Shown here in pieces: positions 42,930 to 56,876 of a DNA stretch of 64,000 bases. The position numbers were made by a program, and so were the translations under genes. The notes under the pieces are model-generated. The model did no database searches. It saw only the letters and a program-made list of their open reading frames with translations, and was not told where the DNA came from. The DNA comes from Eledone cirrhosa (lineage: Eukaryota), in contig OZ024742.1 in the NCBI GenBank assembly GCA_964016885.1, forward strand, positions 86,118,001 to 86,182,000. Direction: 5' to 3'. Each line of letters starts with the position of its first letter. Within the stretch, counting starts at the first letter, position 1.

Positions 42930-43500
42930 TTCGTCAATGGGAATGGAGCTCCACTGAATCAGTTAGAGAGGTTCAAGTGTCTCGTTGTCATATTCATGAG
43001 GGATAGAAGGCAAGAGTCTGAAGTAAGTGCAAATATTGCAGGTGAAGGTGCGGTAATCAGAACATGGTAGGTAAGTGAAAAAAAACAAACTCGCTATCTT
43101 CAATTCGGTATTCGTGCCAACCTTAACCTATTGTCATGAATCATGAGTAATCACCCAAAGAAAACAATCGAGAATACAAGCGGCAGAATTGGGGTTCCTC
43201 CGAAGGGTTCTCGTAATAACGTTTCTCGATAGAGTGCATAGCTAAGACATCAGAGATTCACTTCAGTTAGGGCCGCGACTACTCCGAATTGAGATATGAG
43301 CTCCGATATTATGGTTGTGGGGTTCGAATGTCGCAGGAATGTATCCCTGGTCAGGTTTTAAGGCATAAGATTCAGTAGTAGATTGTAAGCAAGATGATTG
43401 GATAACATCCATTAGCTTGGCAGGTCCTGCTGATCCGGATCAGCTGGAGAAGGTTGCTTCTGACAGGACACGCGGTAAGGAGTGTTTGAAGACTCTGAGA
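42930..43500 (+). mobile_element. Decayed RTE (Rex3/Expander-like) 3' fragment
   Basis: NGAPLNQLERFKCL, then AIFNSVFVPTLTYCHES*..SRIQAAELGFLRRV. Confidence 0.8.
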
Positions 43501-44277
43501 ACCTCATGTATATGGGGGTGGAGTAGATGTTGAAGTAGAAGAAGAAGAAATAAAAGAAAGAAAATTAAGATGAAGAAGAGCAAGAAAAGCGTTTTAAAAA
43601 GACTGGCTATAAATTATACACATATGATGTTCAATATCTCTTGGATAGAATGTTCTATATCTTCGAGTTCACAGATCTTTTTTTTGTGTGTATTGTATTT
43701 TTATTTTTATTTTTACATTCTAGTAAAGTTTTAACCATATGTGACCTGACATTTTATATCCTATTTTTTGCTTGCAATATGCACAAGGAAATAAGATATA
43801 TGCCATGAAATGTGTGTAACGTGTACGTTATTTCATCATTAATATTTTTATAAGTGTATTAGTTCTAAGAATACAATACGAAAAATAACTAAGATGCACA
43901 TTTCTTAAACATAATAGAATTTGACATTTCCAATGGTAAATATATATGCATAGTTATAAGATTATTTTGCATATGAACTTCATTTGCAACTTACTCTGTT
44001 ATCTTGGACTATTTAGCTTGCTTCCATTATATTATTAGTCCTACATATTAATATGAACAAGTGCGCCCATTCCTCTTATATTCACACTGAACAGATATGC
44101 ATATATATATACGTCTGCCGCAGTTTTCAATTTGTCTAGCTATTTAACGTATATTATTACTCTAAAGTGAAACAAGCCTTATCAAGTGTTTTGCTGCAGG
44201 TTCCTAAATGTATGTCGTTAGCTTGGCCACAGCCAAAATTTTACTAAACTTCCATTTGTGTATATATATATATATAT

Positions 44278-44789
44278 GGAGGAAGTTATAGTTCACTTGA
44301 AGCATTGTGTAATGAGGTATAAACGTTTGTATATGTATAATAAAGCCAAAACAATGTAGGTATGGACATAGAATAAAGAATGCAAATGCAAAAGATATTG
44401 TTGACAATTAGTATTTTACCTTAGATTTATTTAAATGTCCTTAATTTTCGAGATAATATCTTTTCTTCGGAGGTAAGTAAAGCGGTTAAACCAGTGTTCT
44501 AAATCATGCCAAGTCATGCTGACAGGAAATGGTATATAGTATCTGTTCTATCTCTAATATCAAAGAGTTAAGGTTAGGTGGATAAAGAGTAGTCTCCTTT
44601 TAAAAGGGTTTGTTTTGTACATGCCTGTTTAAGTGTGTGGGAGAATGCGTGAAGGTGTAAGTATGTGTGTGTGTGTGTGTGAGTGTGAGAACATATGTAT
44701 ATACGTAAATGTGGGGGATAGATGTGATCTCGTGTTAGAACTGGTCTTTGTATGTATGTGTGTGAGAGAGAATAAGTGGCGGTGTAAGC

Positions 44790-44849
<60 letters not shown>

Positions 44850-45880
44850 GCGTGTGTGTGTGCGTGTGTTTGGGAGGGGGTGTAAATATGGGGCTAGATG
44901 CTCTATCAAGTTATATGTCGTTGATGGGGCAGTTGGCTAGCCTGCAGCGGTTGTCATGCTTGGTGGAGTGTCTTTTGGACAACTGCTGCAGGCTAGCCAA
45001 CTGCCCTATCAACGACACAGACATATGCCACCAGGCTTACGTCGTATACAGACTAGAGTGCGACAAATGCAGCAACTTCTACGTAGGTAGCATCACCAAT
45101 CCACTCCACATAAGAATAAAAGAACACCTCCATACTAACGCTTCATCATTTAAGAAACACCTAGTTAAATGCAAAAACACCGACAAAACAATAACAGTTA
45201 GGATAGAAAGTAAGGAAAGAAACCCCGGCAATCTTAGAATTAAGGAAGCACTAATTATAGACAAAACATTAATACCAATCAATAATAGACTAGAACTCAA
45301 CACCCAATTTATAACTTAATAGACCATCTAGCCCCATATTTACACCCCCAACCACACACACGGACACACACACACGCACGCACACACACACATACACACA
45401 TACACGCTTACACCTCCACTTAATTTTCTTTCACACACACACATACACAGACCAGTTCTAACACGAGATAACATCTACCACCCACATTTACGTATAGACA
45501 TATCTTCTCACACTCACACACACACACACACACATACTTACACCTTCACGCATTCTCCCACACACTTAAACAGGCATGTACGAACAAAACAAAAAAATGT
45601 TAAAAGGAGACTATTCTTTATCCAACTAACCTTAACTCTTTGACATTAGAGATAGAACAGATACTCTATACCATTTCCTGTCAGCATGTCTTGGCAAGCT
45701 ATTTAGAACACTGGTTTAACCGCTTTACTTCCCTCCGAAGAAGAGATATTATCTCGAAAATTAAGGACATTTAAATAAATGTAAAGTAAAAGACTAATTG
45801 TCAATTATATCTTTTGCATTTGCATTCTTTATTCTATGTCCATACCTGCATTGTTTTGGCTTTATTATACATATACAAAC

Positions 45881-45885
<5 letters not shown>
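44278..45885 (+). mobile_element. 5'-truncated PLE with CCHH GIY-YIG (44978-45319) and inverted arms 44318-44916 / 45309-45885
   Basis: CRLANCP..C..AYVVYRLECDKCSNFYVGS..LHIRIKEH..KKH..KEALII..INNRLE. (TA)n flanks. Confidence 0.92.
45732..45766 (+). ncRNA. Minimal hammerhead with U4C core (CCGAAGA); mirror copy 44439-44473 (-)
   Basis: CCU-CCGAAGA-A-GAGAU-auu-AUCUC-GAAA-AU-UA|AGG. AATAAA at ~45774. Confidence 0.7.
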
Positions 45886-45919
<34 letters not shown>

Positions 45920-45920
<1 letters not shown>

Positions 45921-46160
45921 CCGATGTCATGGATTGTATACAACCACCTTGCATTGGGTCTTCCCTAGGGTCTCCTGCATGTATTGCACTTAATTCAACC
46001 TGCTGCCTTCCGTGGAAACGGTGCCGAGATGGTTGAATCTGAGCACCTACTTCAGCGGATCTCCATTCAAATGTACGCTGCACACGCAGGCACTCATCAG
46101 TTTCTGCAGTACTAATTTTCATCTTAGCCGTAATACAATCGGCAAGGGCAAGTCGAGGAT
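45920..46160 (-). mobile_element. Internally deleted RTE remnant
   Basis: NGDPLK*VLRFNHLG and RRP*GRPNARWLYTI motifs. Confidence 0.55.
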
Positions 46161-46162
46161 CA

Positions 46163-46521
46163 TCTATATATATATAAATCCAAGTTTACGATTCTGTGTG
46201 TCCGCTAAAACTAGCAAACTACCGGACCAGACTCCTCAAAATGACATGTACATATTGATCATACACTCGGACAGGAAACGGTCGAAAATGTTTTACTTTG
46301 CAAAGCAAGGAATTCATTTAAATTCAATGTATCTTATTTTCTAATGACTATCGAAAGAGACCATCCATTTTGTTTTTTTATGTACTCCAGTCTTTAGATA
46401 AGAGAGTGAGTGATGGGAGAGAGAAAGATAGAGAGTAGGGGATGAGAGAGAAAGAGAGTGAGAGAGTGGGAGATGGGACAGTGAGTAAGGGATGAGAGAG
46501 AAAGAGAAAGAGTGAGTGGAT

Positions 46522-46554
<33 letters not shown>

Positions 46555-49500
46555 AGGGGATGTGAGAGAGAAAGAAATGGAGTAAGGGATGAGATAGAAA
46601 GAGAGACAGTGGGAGATGGGAGAGAGAATAAGGGGATGTGAGATAGAAAGAAAGAGAGTAAGGGAAAACTTCCAGCGTTGTTAACTTTTATTTATTTATA
46701 ATTTTTACACAATGTTTAACTCTCCCGCTTCTTTAACGTTATCTATCTTTTCTTTATTTGTGTTCCCTATTCTGTAGAGAGAGGGGGGGGTCTGATAGAG
46801 AAAGAGAGAGAATAATAGGATGGGAGAGAGAGAAAGGGAAAGTAGCCCGCGTTCATTAACTTTTATTTATTTATTATTTTTACACACTTCTTAACTCTCC
46901 CGATGTTATTTATCTTCTATTTATTTTTTGTTCGCTATTCTAGAGAGGATGAGAGAGAGAAACAAAGAGAGGGGATGAGAAAGAGAAAGGGAGTGAGGTG
47001 GATGGGGAGAGAAAGACAATAAAAAAGAGAAAATAAGTCTAAAGAAATCACAGATGCTTTTATAGAAGTTGTATATATGTATGTATTTAACAGAAATAAA
47101 AAACGGTTTTTTTAAAAGATATTATTTGAATATATTATTTTCCGCTTTTATTTGAATTACCTCAGAAAATATTTTTTTTTGTAGTGTTTATCGTTTTTTA
47201 TTGGGGTATTACAAATGATAATTTCAGAATACAATCGGAAATCCCAATATTTTCTACTTATGTCTAAATTTAATTACACCTAATAAACATTCATATAAAG
47301 AGATCATTTAAAACAACTTTACTGAGTGAATAATACCTTCTATAATTTCGGAAAGAGTGTGGCGTGTAATAATTGTTTCTACCTTTGGCACAAGGCCAGC
47401 AATTAATCCAGTGCATTACTGGTACTTTATTTTGTCGTGTGGTGTGTAATAATATCACTTCACATGCCTAGAAAACGTTCCAGATCATTATATGGAAGGT
47501 CATCTTCAGAGGCTAAGAGAAAGAAAACACAGCGACCTGAAGAAAGTGAAGAAGTTCGGCGTGACCGTCTAGCTGCTAACAGAGCCCAAATAGCTTTAGC
47601 ACGAGCACACTGTTTGGATGAAAGGGAACAAAGGATTGCTGCTACACGAGAACAACAAATTAAGGAACAGCAGCAAATCAGACGAAATGCTAATCAAGCA
47701 CATCGTTCTACTGCCCGAACAGGAGAAAAATCCACAAGTAAAATGAACTGGCTGATGGGTGCTTTTTCTTATGACCCCCAAAAGGACTCCAGCAGTAATA
47801 TACAAACCAACATGGGGAAAATGAAGAGATGCTGCCAGTATTGTGGGGCCAAGAAGTGGGCAGCAGAAAAATCAAGTCTATGCTGCTCAAAAGGCAAAGT
47901 GAGCCTTAAAACTATACAAGAACCTCCTGAATTTCTGAAGAATGTGCTACTTCAGCATACACCAGAAAGCACGACATTTCCATAAATACATCATAAAATA
48001 TAATTCTGCCTTTCAAATGATATCTTTTGGGGCTGACAGGAATGTGACTGACATTAGATTCTGTACAACTTATACAATTCAGGGACAGTGTTACCACTTA
48101 ATGGGTCGCCTTCTGCCACTTTCACAGGAGCCTCACAAATTTGTGCAGGATTACTTCATGGGTGTAAATGAAATACAGGCATAACAAAGATGTACCAATG
48201 TCCATGGTGGATTGCAGTTCCACATAGTCATAAAGTTACAAGAAATGCTTCACCAACATCACATGTACGTCATTGTATTTAAATATGCACTGAAGTATAT
48301 GAACAACACCAGAGATCGTAAAATCATCATTAGGGCAGACAAACGCCCAGCTTCAGAACATGAATGCAGATTCAATGAACCTGTCACTGATGAAGTTGCA
48401 ATTATAATGGTTGATGAACAGTATGAACGACGTAACAATGTTTTTAAAAACGAAGTGGACATTCGGTGCGAATTTGTGAAACTCATAGAGCCTATGATTC
48501 ACTCCAATATCCGCTCATCTTTTGGAATGGTCAATATGGATATGATTTTCAGCTACGGCAGATCAGCCCAGAAACGGGACAAGAAAATGGCCGATCAATC
48601 AGCTGCAAATAATTCTATGCTTAACATTTCATGGTACGTGATCACTTCAACCAAGTTCTGCGATTCAGCCAGTTCATGGTGGACATGTATGCCAAACTTG
48701 AAACAGAAAGATTGTTTCCTGCGAAGGAATCAAACTAAGTTGAGGGCAGATAACTACTTCCACCTTAGAGATGCCATCAATTCTGATGTTGACCCAAGAA
48801 ATATTGGCCGGCCAGTCATATTACCATCAAGTTTCACGGGAGGACCACGTTACATGCATGAACGTACGCAAGATGCAATGGCCTATATCATAAAATTTGG
48901 CCGGCCAGATCTCTTCATTACATTTACATGCAATTCAAACTGGTCAGAAATATCAAATGAATTATTTCAAAATCAAAAAAACCAAAGGATCGACATGACC
49001 TCATTGCTCGGATTTCCCATGAAAAGCAAAAAAAAAAAAATCATCTGGAGAAAGAATATTGGTGAGCTTAGTGCTTGGATGACCACTATTGAGTGGCAGA
49101 CGAGAGGTCTTCCTCACTCTCACATTAATCTGGTGCAAGGAGAAGATAAGACCAGATGATGTTGATACGATCATTTCAGCTGAGTTGCCTGATAAAAGTG
49201 GTGATCCAGAGATCTTTGAAACCATCAAGTCCAAACTCATTCTTGGTCCATGTGGAGTCATCAATAATGGATACCCCCTTTATCGTAGGGGTAGAACAGA
49301 ACATGGAGGCAATAATGCAAGCCTTACAATTCGAGGAGTGGAGCTGACCATAAACAATCAGTGGATCGTCCCACACAACAAATTGTTGTGTAAACTTTTA
49401 AAACTCATATCATATGTTGAGTATTGCAGCTCTGTCAAGGCAATCCTATATGTCCTAAAATATATCAACAAGGGCAGTGACATGGCTACCTTTATTAATG

Positions 49501-49920
49501 ACAAAGAACTCAATGGTGGTGGGCTGGATGAGGTCAAACGGTATCAAACAGGTCGTTACATCTCCAGCAATGAAGCTATCTGGCGAACCTTTGGATTTGA
49601 TATCCATCAATGCCACCCAACAGTGGTCTCAATTCATCTGGAAAATGGACAGAGAGTGTACTTCACTGAGTTCACTGCTCATCAGTTGGCACAAGCATCA
49701 CATGACACTACACTAACTGATTACTTTAAACTCTGCCAGAATGATGAATTTGCTCAATCCCTCCTATATGCTGAAGTTCCAACATACTACAAGGACCAAT
49801 TGCAAGACCAATTGCAAGACCTGGAATCGAGGAAATCAGGGTCATTTAGTGGAAGGTCATGAAGTCAAATCAAGTGATGCTATTGGGCGTGTTTACAATG
49901 TCCATCCCAACAACATTTCA
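46163..49920 (+). mobile_element. Helitron, 3'-truncated (Zn finger + Rep HUH/Y2; no helicase seen), frameshifted
   Basis: 5' A|TCTATATATATATAAA; CQYCGA..CC..GKV, YNSAFQM, IQGQCYH, LPSSFTGGPRYM, PDLFITFTCN, IEWQTRGLPHSH, YVLKYINKGSD. Confidence 0.92.
47371..47437 (-). mobile_element. 3' fragment of the tRNA-SINE inside the Helitron
   Basis: Reverse complement of 60692-60757. Confidence 0.8.
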
Positions 49921-50562
49921 ATATCACTTTTGGCAGCATAGATGTTATTATAATTGTGTCATTGCAATGTCTTATTTGAACACGTTTTATAAATAGCTGC
50001 ATTTCCAGGAAAAGAAAATTCAGAAAAATAGACTCTAGCAGAGGAAAACGCCGATATTCTTTGTCACAATAACCTGAGAGGTCATCCATTTGATGATATA
50101 TAAAAGTTATTTCTCCGTGATAACAAATGAAATATTATCTTGGAATCCTTAGAGTCTGTTAAATGAAATAAAAGGGTTAACAAATTCAAATTAAAAGAAC
50201 GATATATCCATTTCTTTTCTGAAGTGCTATGTTTTTTCATATAAAATATCAATTTCGTTCATAAGCCTGCCTTCGACATTATTTTCCAATATTGATTTAG
50301 ACATTTGAAGGGGTATATAATCGCACACATATTGCCACACTTATATAAACGGAAATATATTCAAGCTAGTGATATCAGCTTGGGGGGAAGAGCGCGAAAA
50401 CAACGAAACTAAATATTTCACACATACGCTCACACACACACTTACTCACACATCCTTGCGTTTATGAATATGTGTATGTATCTATGTCCATCTCTCTTTC
50501 TCTCTCCCTCTCTCTTTTTCTCTATCTCCCTCTCTCTCACTATTTCACTCTCTTTCTCTCTG

Positions 50563-50631
<69 letters not shown>

Positions 50632-52480
50632 CTATAAATATATATGTATATATATATATATTTGTCTGCGTGTGTGTAATATATAAACATAAACAGCAAA
50701 GCAAACGACACATAGTACATTAAAGAAATATATTAGGTTAACGCTTGAAATAAGAGGAAAAGTATCTTAACGTTTCGGACATTAGTAATTGAACAAGAGA
50801 TAGAATTGGAAATAAAGCATAAAATAAAAAATATAGCGAATGACAAGAGGATAAAGCGGGAAAAGATGAGAAAAAAACATGCATGTGTGAATTCAGTCAG
50901 CAATATACAGAGAAGAGGTGTATTCGTGGATATACATAATGGGTTATATAATGAAAGTGGAGATAAGGAAAGATAAGATACGTATATCTTATAAGGGGCA
51001 TAGTTTTACCCAACCAAACATAAAGCAAAGCTATTTGTCTAACGAATTATCTGAAAAGCTATTGAATATCTTCATTAATCTATTAATTATTTATTCAAAG
51101 TAGATTATATGAATTGCGTTCCAATTGTTTTAGTTTTTGTTAATGCAGTCTGGAAATATAAAAGGAAATATATGTTTGTAGTTATGTAGATCAGGTAAAC
51201 TGACAATTGAATTCAGTTCAAATAATACCAGTAGTAATAACTTTGAAGATAGATCAATATGCATGAAATCAGCTTAAAGGAATTAGGAAATATTTGTTGC
51301 GTATATACCCTCGTACTCACTCTCATATGTACGTATACATATATATATATGTGTGAGTGTGTGTGTGTGAGCGTGTGTGTGTGTATGTGTGTTTGTTTGT
51401 GTATGTAGGTGTGCATGTGTGTGTGTGTATGCATGTAAGTATGCATGTGTTAATGCATGAATATATATACATATGTATATAATTAATAGTACGAATAACA
51501 TAGCGTGATATAAACAAAATATGATTTGACAGATTATAAACTGCGTTTACATATTATAGACATATATATTTTATTTGTATTTAGAAGGTAAGCTTGTTGA
51601 ATCACTATTGTCTTGCTTTGTCACACGTTTAGTGCGGTAGTGAGGCGACCAGTTTTTAAAGCATATACGCTGACTTTTACGTGTATACATCATGCATTTA
51701 TATACAGGATATGGACGGATATACAATTCTATTATGTATATTAATGTTACTTCTGATTTATCGCAACAAATCAATCTTGCATTATATGCAAATTAACATA
51801 CATTGTAGATTGTCTATACTCAAATTCTATCTGGCTATTTACGACGGAAATAGCGGTGACATGATCATAATCTTAAGCACTCATAACAAAACATTATGTA
51901 TGTGCAGTTTACGTAACTATAAATTATAGACTTTCATATCTTCTAATATATATTGTAAAGGTAAATTATATATTTGCATGTCGTCTGTTATAATATCACT
52001 GCAGAATTCTTCTCATTTAACCGCCATATTAACATCACATTATTATCATAATTTTCAATTCATAGTGTGACAAATGTAAGATGTAATGTTTTATTCACTA
52101 CATTAATGCCCTTATTCACATATTTAACAACATTTTAGAAAGGCCCAGAAAATATTGTGGATAAAGTATAATTACCCAGGCATATTTTCCAGGAGATATC
52201 TGTTATTGTGCGCCCTGTTAGATCTAGCATAATCATAATGAAGGATGACTTTGTTGCTCATGGACGTTTCTGCTGCAAAGCTGCTTTCGAACATCTTGCC
52301 TCTTTACAATAGTTTTATTGTGTAATTATCGCATAGAAATTGATAGTGAGTTACTCTCCAGTAAGAATATAAATGAAGAGACAGTGACAAACCTTCTCTT
52401 GCAAGAGTGGTTAAGAATGTCCGAGTGAATACAGAAAGTATAGGATCAATGGAGGCGAAAATATGTGCATGCCAGAAAAA

Positions 52481-52543
<63 letters not shown>

Positions 52544-52548
<5 letters not shown>

Positions 52549-53507
52549 GAATAATCGAGTATCGAAAAATCGGCGCACGAGTTCACGATAAACAAAATTC
52601 GACATGAGTGGCAGAGGGCTCAATAATTCAGATAAATCAGAGATATAACTATCGTTAAAATACCAACACACAAAGATTATGTCTAAAATCACCCATACGA
52701 CCGAAAAATTACGATCGGGAAGATTCGGGTCACTCAGATAAAATATCAATAAATCAATAAATCATATGAATGTAAAAAGCTTACCCGGACCCACTAGACA
52801 AATGGTAAATCTAGCTTCTTGGGTTTCTGTAAATCCTTAAACCGCCCCCTATCAGCCCACATAAAAACATATAAGACTTCTAGAGAGCGGCGGACAGGAA
52901 ATACTTTATCAACGGGCTTTGTCCAAACGAATAAAAAAGCCAACCCTAGCTGAAAACGCACATGGAATCCAGCAAGGGAGATAACCTCTATATCCGCGAA
53001 AGATATTCGGGAATGTGGGAAATCACATATCGAATAAGAGTGCTCAATAGACATGTTAAAATAAACAGGAGCTATTCCTCATTTAATAGAATCGACAAAA
53101 AATGAACAATAAAATTAACTGGTCAATAGCTAAGTCTAGAGCTAAATATAGTAGAATAATCGAGTATCGAAAAATCGGCGCACGAGTTCACGATAAACAA
53201 AATTCGACATGAGTGGCAGAGGGCTCAATAATTCAGATAAATCAGAGCCATAACTATCGTTAAAATACCAACACACAAAGATTATGTCTAAAATCACCCA
53301 TACGACCGAAAAATTACGATCAGGAAGATTCGGGTCACTCAGATAAAATATCAATAAATCAATAAATCATATGAATGTAAAAAGCTTACCCGGACCCACT
53401 AGAAAGATGGTAAATCTAGCTTCTTGGGTTTCTGTAAATCCTTAAACTGCCCCCTATCAGCCCACATAAAAATATATAAGACTTTTAGAGAGCGGCGGAC
53501 AGGAAAT

Positions 53508-53513
<6 letters not shown>
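52544..53513 (-). mobile_element. ORF-less HHR element: 604-bp period, ~1.6 units, in (TA)n
   Basis: 52544-52909 is nearly identical to 53148-53513. Confidence 0.9.
52783..52917 (-). ncRNA. Type I hammerhead, U3-A8 variant, extended stems II and III
   Basis: GCCCG-UUGAUAA-A-GUA..UCC..CCGCC..GGCGG..GGA..UAC-A-GAAA-CCCA..CUAGA..UCUAG-UGGG-UC|CGGGU. Confidence 0.85.
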
Positions 53514-53595
<82 letters not shown>

Positions 53596-53596
53596 C

Positions 53597-53628
<32 letters not shown>

Positions 53629-54294
53629 TTGTGTATGTGTGTGTGTGTGAAGATGTAAAGAACAGAATCGCCTTTTATAGATAGGAAATGCAACAGACTA
53701 CGTGGTATGGAACGGCCTTCGAGAATTATGGCCTAACTAAAAACATTATGATTTTCCCCAAAAAATTAAACGACCTCGGACGTACATGTCCATATTCCGT
53801 CGGAAGCATCCACTGCAGAATGCGCTGAGGTGATTAAATTAAAATCCAAAGTTATAAACCTAAAATCGAAAGTCATCATTCTCAGCGATAATATTATGAA
53901 CTAGCATCAATTAATCATTCGGATTGGTTCCAGTGTGACCTATCTATATGTACAGAACACACGTTTATAATGGTTTATTCTTACTTACGGATCGTACAAC
54001 GTCAAGCAGGAAATGTGGAGAAGGACACACACATCACATTTTTTTATATTAGAATGTTATTGCTATTGTATCTATGTGTATGTATGGGAATATTTATATG
54101 TACATGCCGCTATGCCATAATATATCTGTGTTTCTATGTACGTGCATATATGCCGCTATGCCATAATATATCTGTGTTTCTATGTATGTGCCTATATGCG
54201 TATGTATCTCCGTATTTATACATATCTGTGTATGTATATCTGTATTTATATATACATATAGTGATCATGAAAAAGGTGTTAGAATGTGTCATTA

Positions 54295-54650
54295 AATATG
54301 TTTTTCTCCTCAAGCCTTGTCTGTTTTTCTTAAGATATATATATATATATATATACTTGATCATCCCTTGGTCTATTGTCCTCTCCTTCAGTACAATTCT
54401 GAGCATTGGCTCCCTACTATCAGTCACGTATTTGTGTAGGTTGTTTTTCTCCATCTGAACACAGTCCTCTATGCTGATAAGGAAATCTGAAGGTGGAGGA
54501 GGTCTTAAGTGGAGTCTATCGACATCACTCCTTTTGTGGAACATGCTGTAGATAGTCAATCGCTTCCTAGTCTTCCTATCTATTTCTTTTTGTTCAGCAA
54601 CATTCCGTCTCAGAATTGCCGAACTGTACCTAATAATAGACACAGCTCGA
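54295..54650 (-). mobile_element. R4/Dong-like RT thumb fragment next to (ATT)n
   Basis: EIDRKTRKRLT..FHKRSDVDRL..LISIEDCVQMEKNNL..Y. Confidence 0.75.
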
Positions 54651-54984
54651 AATTATTATTATTATTATTATTGAATGCCATGGTCGACGTAGACTCGGCT
54701 CTGTAAGGTATTGTAAATGTTAACCGCTATAACAATTGTAAATTGTTTAAAACTTTAACCAAATTGTAGACAAAAACACCCTCCTCCTCGTGCGAGGGGT
54801 CTTTCTGCCCGTTATTTGGCCTTTCGGGGTTAAATAACCGCTTGCTGAGGTTTTGTGCCCTATATTTATTTTAAACCAAAAAAAAACATTGCTACAGAAA
54901 ATAATTTTAACAATTTTCCACGACGACGACAACGACGAAAAGGGTGTGCGGTAAATACGAAAACCCATTTCATTCGTCTGACGT

Positions 54985-55107
54985 CATGAACAATAGCAGT
55001 AGCAGTCGTAATAACAGCAGCAGCAGCAGCAACAGTGACAAGGAAAACAACAGTAGCAGCCGCAACAGCATCAGCAGCAGCATAAACAACAACAGCATTA
55101 GCAGCAA

Positions 55108-55139
<32 letters not shown>

Positions 55140-56509
55140 ACAACAACATCAACAGCGGCGGCGGCAGTCGTAGTACCAGCAGCAACAACAAAAGTAACAG
55201 CAGCTCTGACGACGAAAACAACAACAAAGAAACAACAATCTCGTTTGCAGGTATCGCAAAGGACCTGGAAAACATCCTTATAACAAATGAGGAATTACAG
55301 GAAGCAAAGAGGATGGTGACGAAAAACGGACACCGAGCAATCTGCAAGGCAGCCGAAACATTTTTCGAAACCCAAAAGCACTGTACGGTCACGTACCGTA
55401 CAGTAAGCACAAAACCCCGTAGGGTTGAAAGGGCCACAAAGGTTAAAATACAAAAAGCCTTAGGGTCTGTGTGGCAGCGGAAAACGCATATCACCCGAGG
55501 CAAGAAATATGCCACCGTGGACGTGCTTTTTGCCACACCCCGGGAGGCAAAGGCTCAATCCTTAGCGACCCTAAGGAGCGAGGAAATGTTGTTGGTGCCC
55601 TCCTACTGCGGAAAAGAATGTGAGGGTCAACTGACCCACGGACACCGGGATGGCCCCTTCTTGGCTGGCCGCGTCTCTCCTGGTCAGAATCGAGGAAAAA
55701 CAACAGTACTGCATGTACAGAAAAAAGTACGAGAAGATTGGGTCGGCACCTCCATTGAGATGTTAATCCAAACCAACCAGGAGTGCATCGAAGCTATCCC
55801 GGATGTGATATATTTCGATAACGCCACTCAACTGCCCATAAGTGTTGATGGCAAACGCCCGAAATGCTTTCGCTGTGGATCGAAGACTCACCTCAAGGCC
55901 TTCTGCAATGAGAACACCCTGAGAAAGGAGAAAACCCCCCTCCTTCCGAAACCGGCTCCACTGCTACCAGCAACAGGACAGGCGGCAACCAGGAAGGATA
56001 GGTCCGTGGCACCCATACCCACGCCACGGATATCAAGAACAGCAGCAGCAGTGGAAGTATTAACAACAACAGCTGCAATACCAACTGCAGAGACTCCACT
56101 GTAAACATCACCAACAACAACAAGTGAAAGAGTGGAGCTGGTACTCCTCTCCGACCTCACAGAATCGGACATGGAGTGTGAGGTGGGAGAGGGATGGCAA
56201 AAGGTCGCAAGAAGGCACAAACGCAGAAGCAGCGCATCGCCGCCTCCAAAAAGGGAGGAAAGAAACGAAAAAAGGGTAAACGCTACTTCAAAAATACTTA
56301 CAGCAGCAACACCACCAACACGATCACCACCCACACTAGCACCACCATCACCACCGGCGGCAACCCCACCGCCAACAACAGCATCACCATCAACACCACC
56401 ACCACAAGCACCAACATCGCAAACACAACAAAACACACACACCCAGCAACAACGACAAGAAAGTAGCAGAACCACACTCACCCCCAGTAAAACAAATGCA
56501 CAGCAATAA
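54985..56509 (+). pseudogene. ORF1 gag-like protein with CCHC-type knuckle and low-complexity termini
   Basis: ISVDGKRPKCFRCGSKTHLKAFC; GWQKVARR. Stop at 56102 and a probable frameshift. Confidence 0.75.
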
Positions 56510-56876
56510 ATACACACAACAAGAAATTAACGGCTTACATAATTGAACACACATACATTTCACAGCACGACTATAACATACCAGCACCAATGAAAACACC
56601 AACGAACATAAGACTGGTAAAAATAGCATAGAAGCAATACACAAACATTAAAACGAAATTCCCCAACGCAGTTGGTGATTACAGAGACCTAGGAGGGACA
56701 CTCAACCGGAGGGTATATTCGAATATACTCACGGAAGAGCCCACGACCAGCCGAAAGGGCGATTCAACGGTCCCTTCACCTGATGATCAAGTGAAAAGGC
56801 ATGGTGAAACATATCCTTCCTCTGCGAGAAGAGGTAAGGTAAGTGGTCTTTCCCATCTTTTCCACTACATTTCAAC

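Noticed and set aside
49920-50370. Helitron 3' end (CTAG at ~50366)
   Set aside because: No GC-rich subterminal hairpin and no helicase frame; treated as truncated.
56775-56810. UUCAC-CUGAUGA..GAAA..GUGAA in the Tx1 inter-ORF spacer
   Set aside because: No stem II and G at the cleavage position; probably chance.
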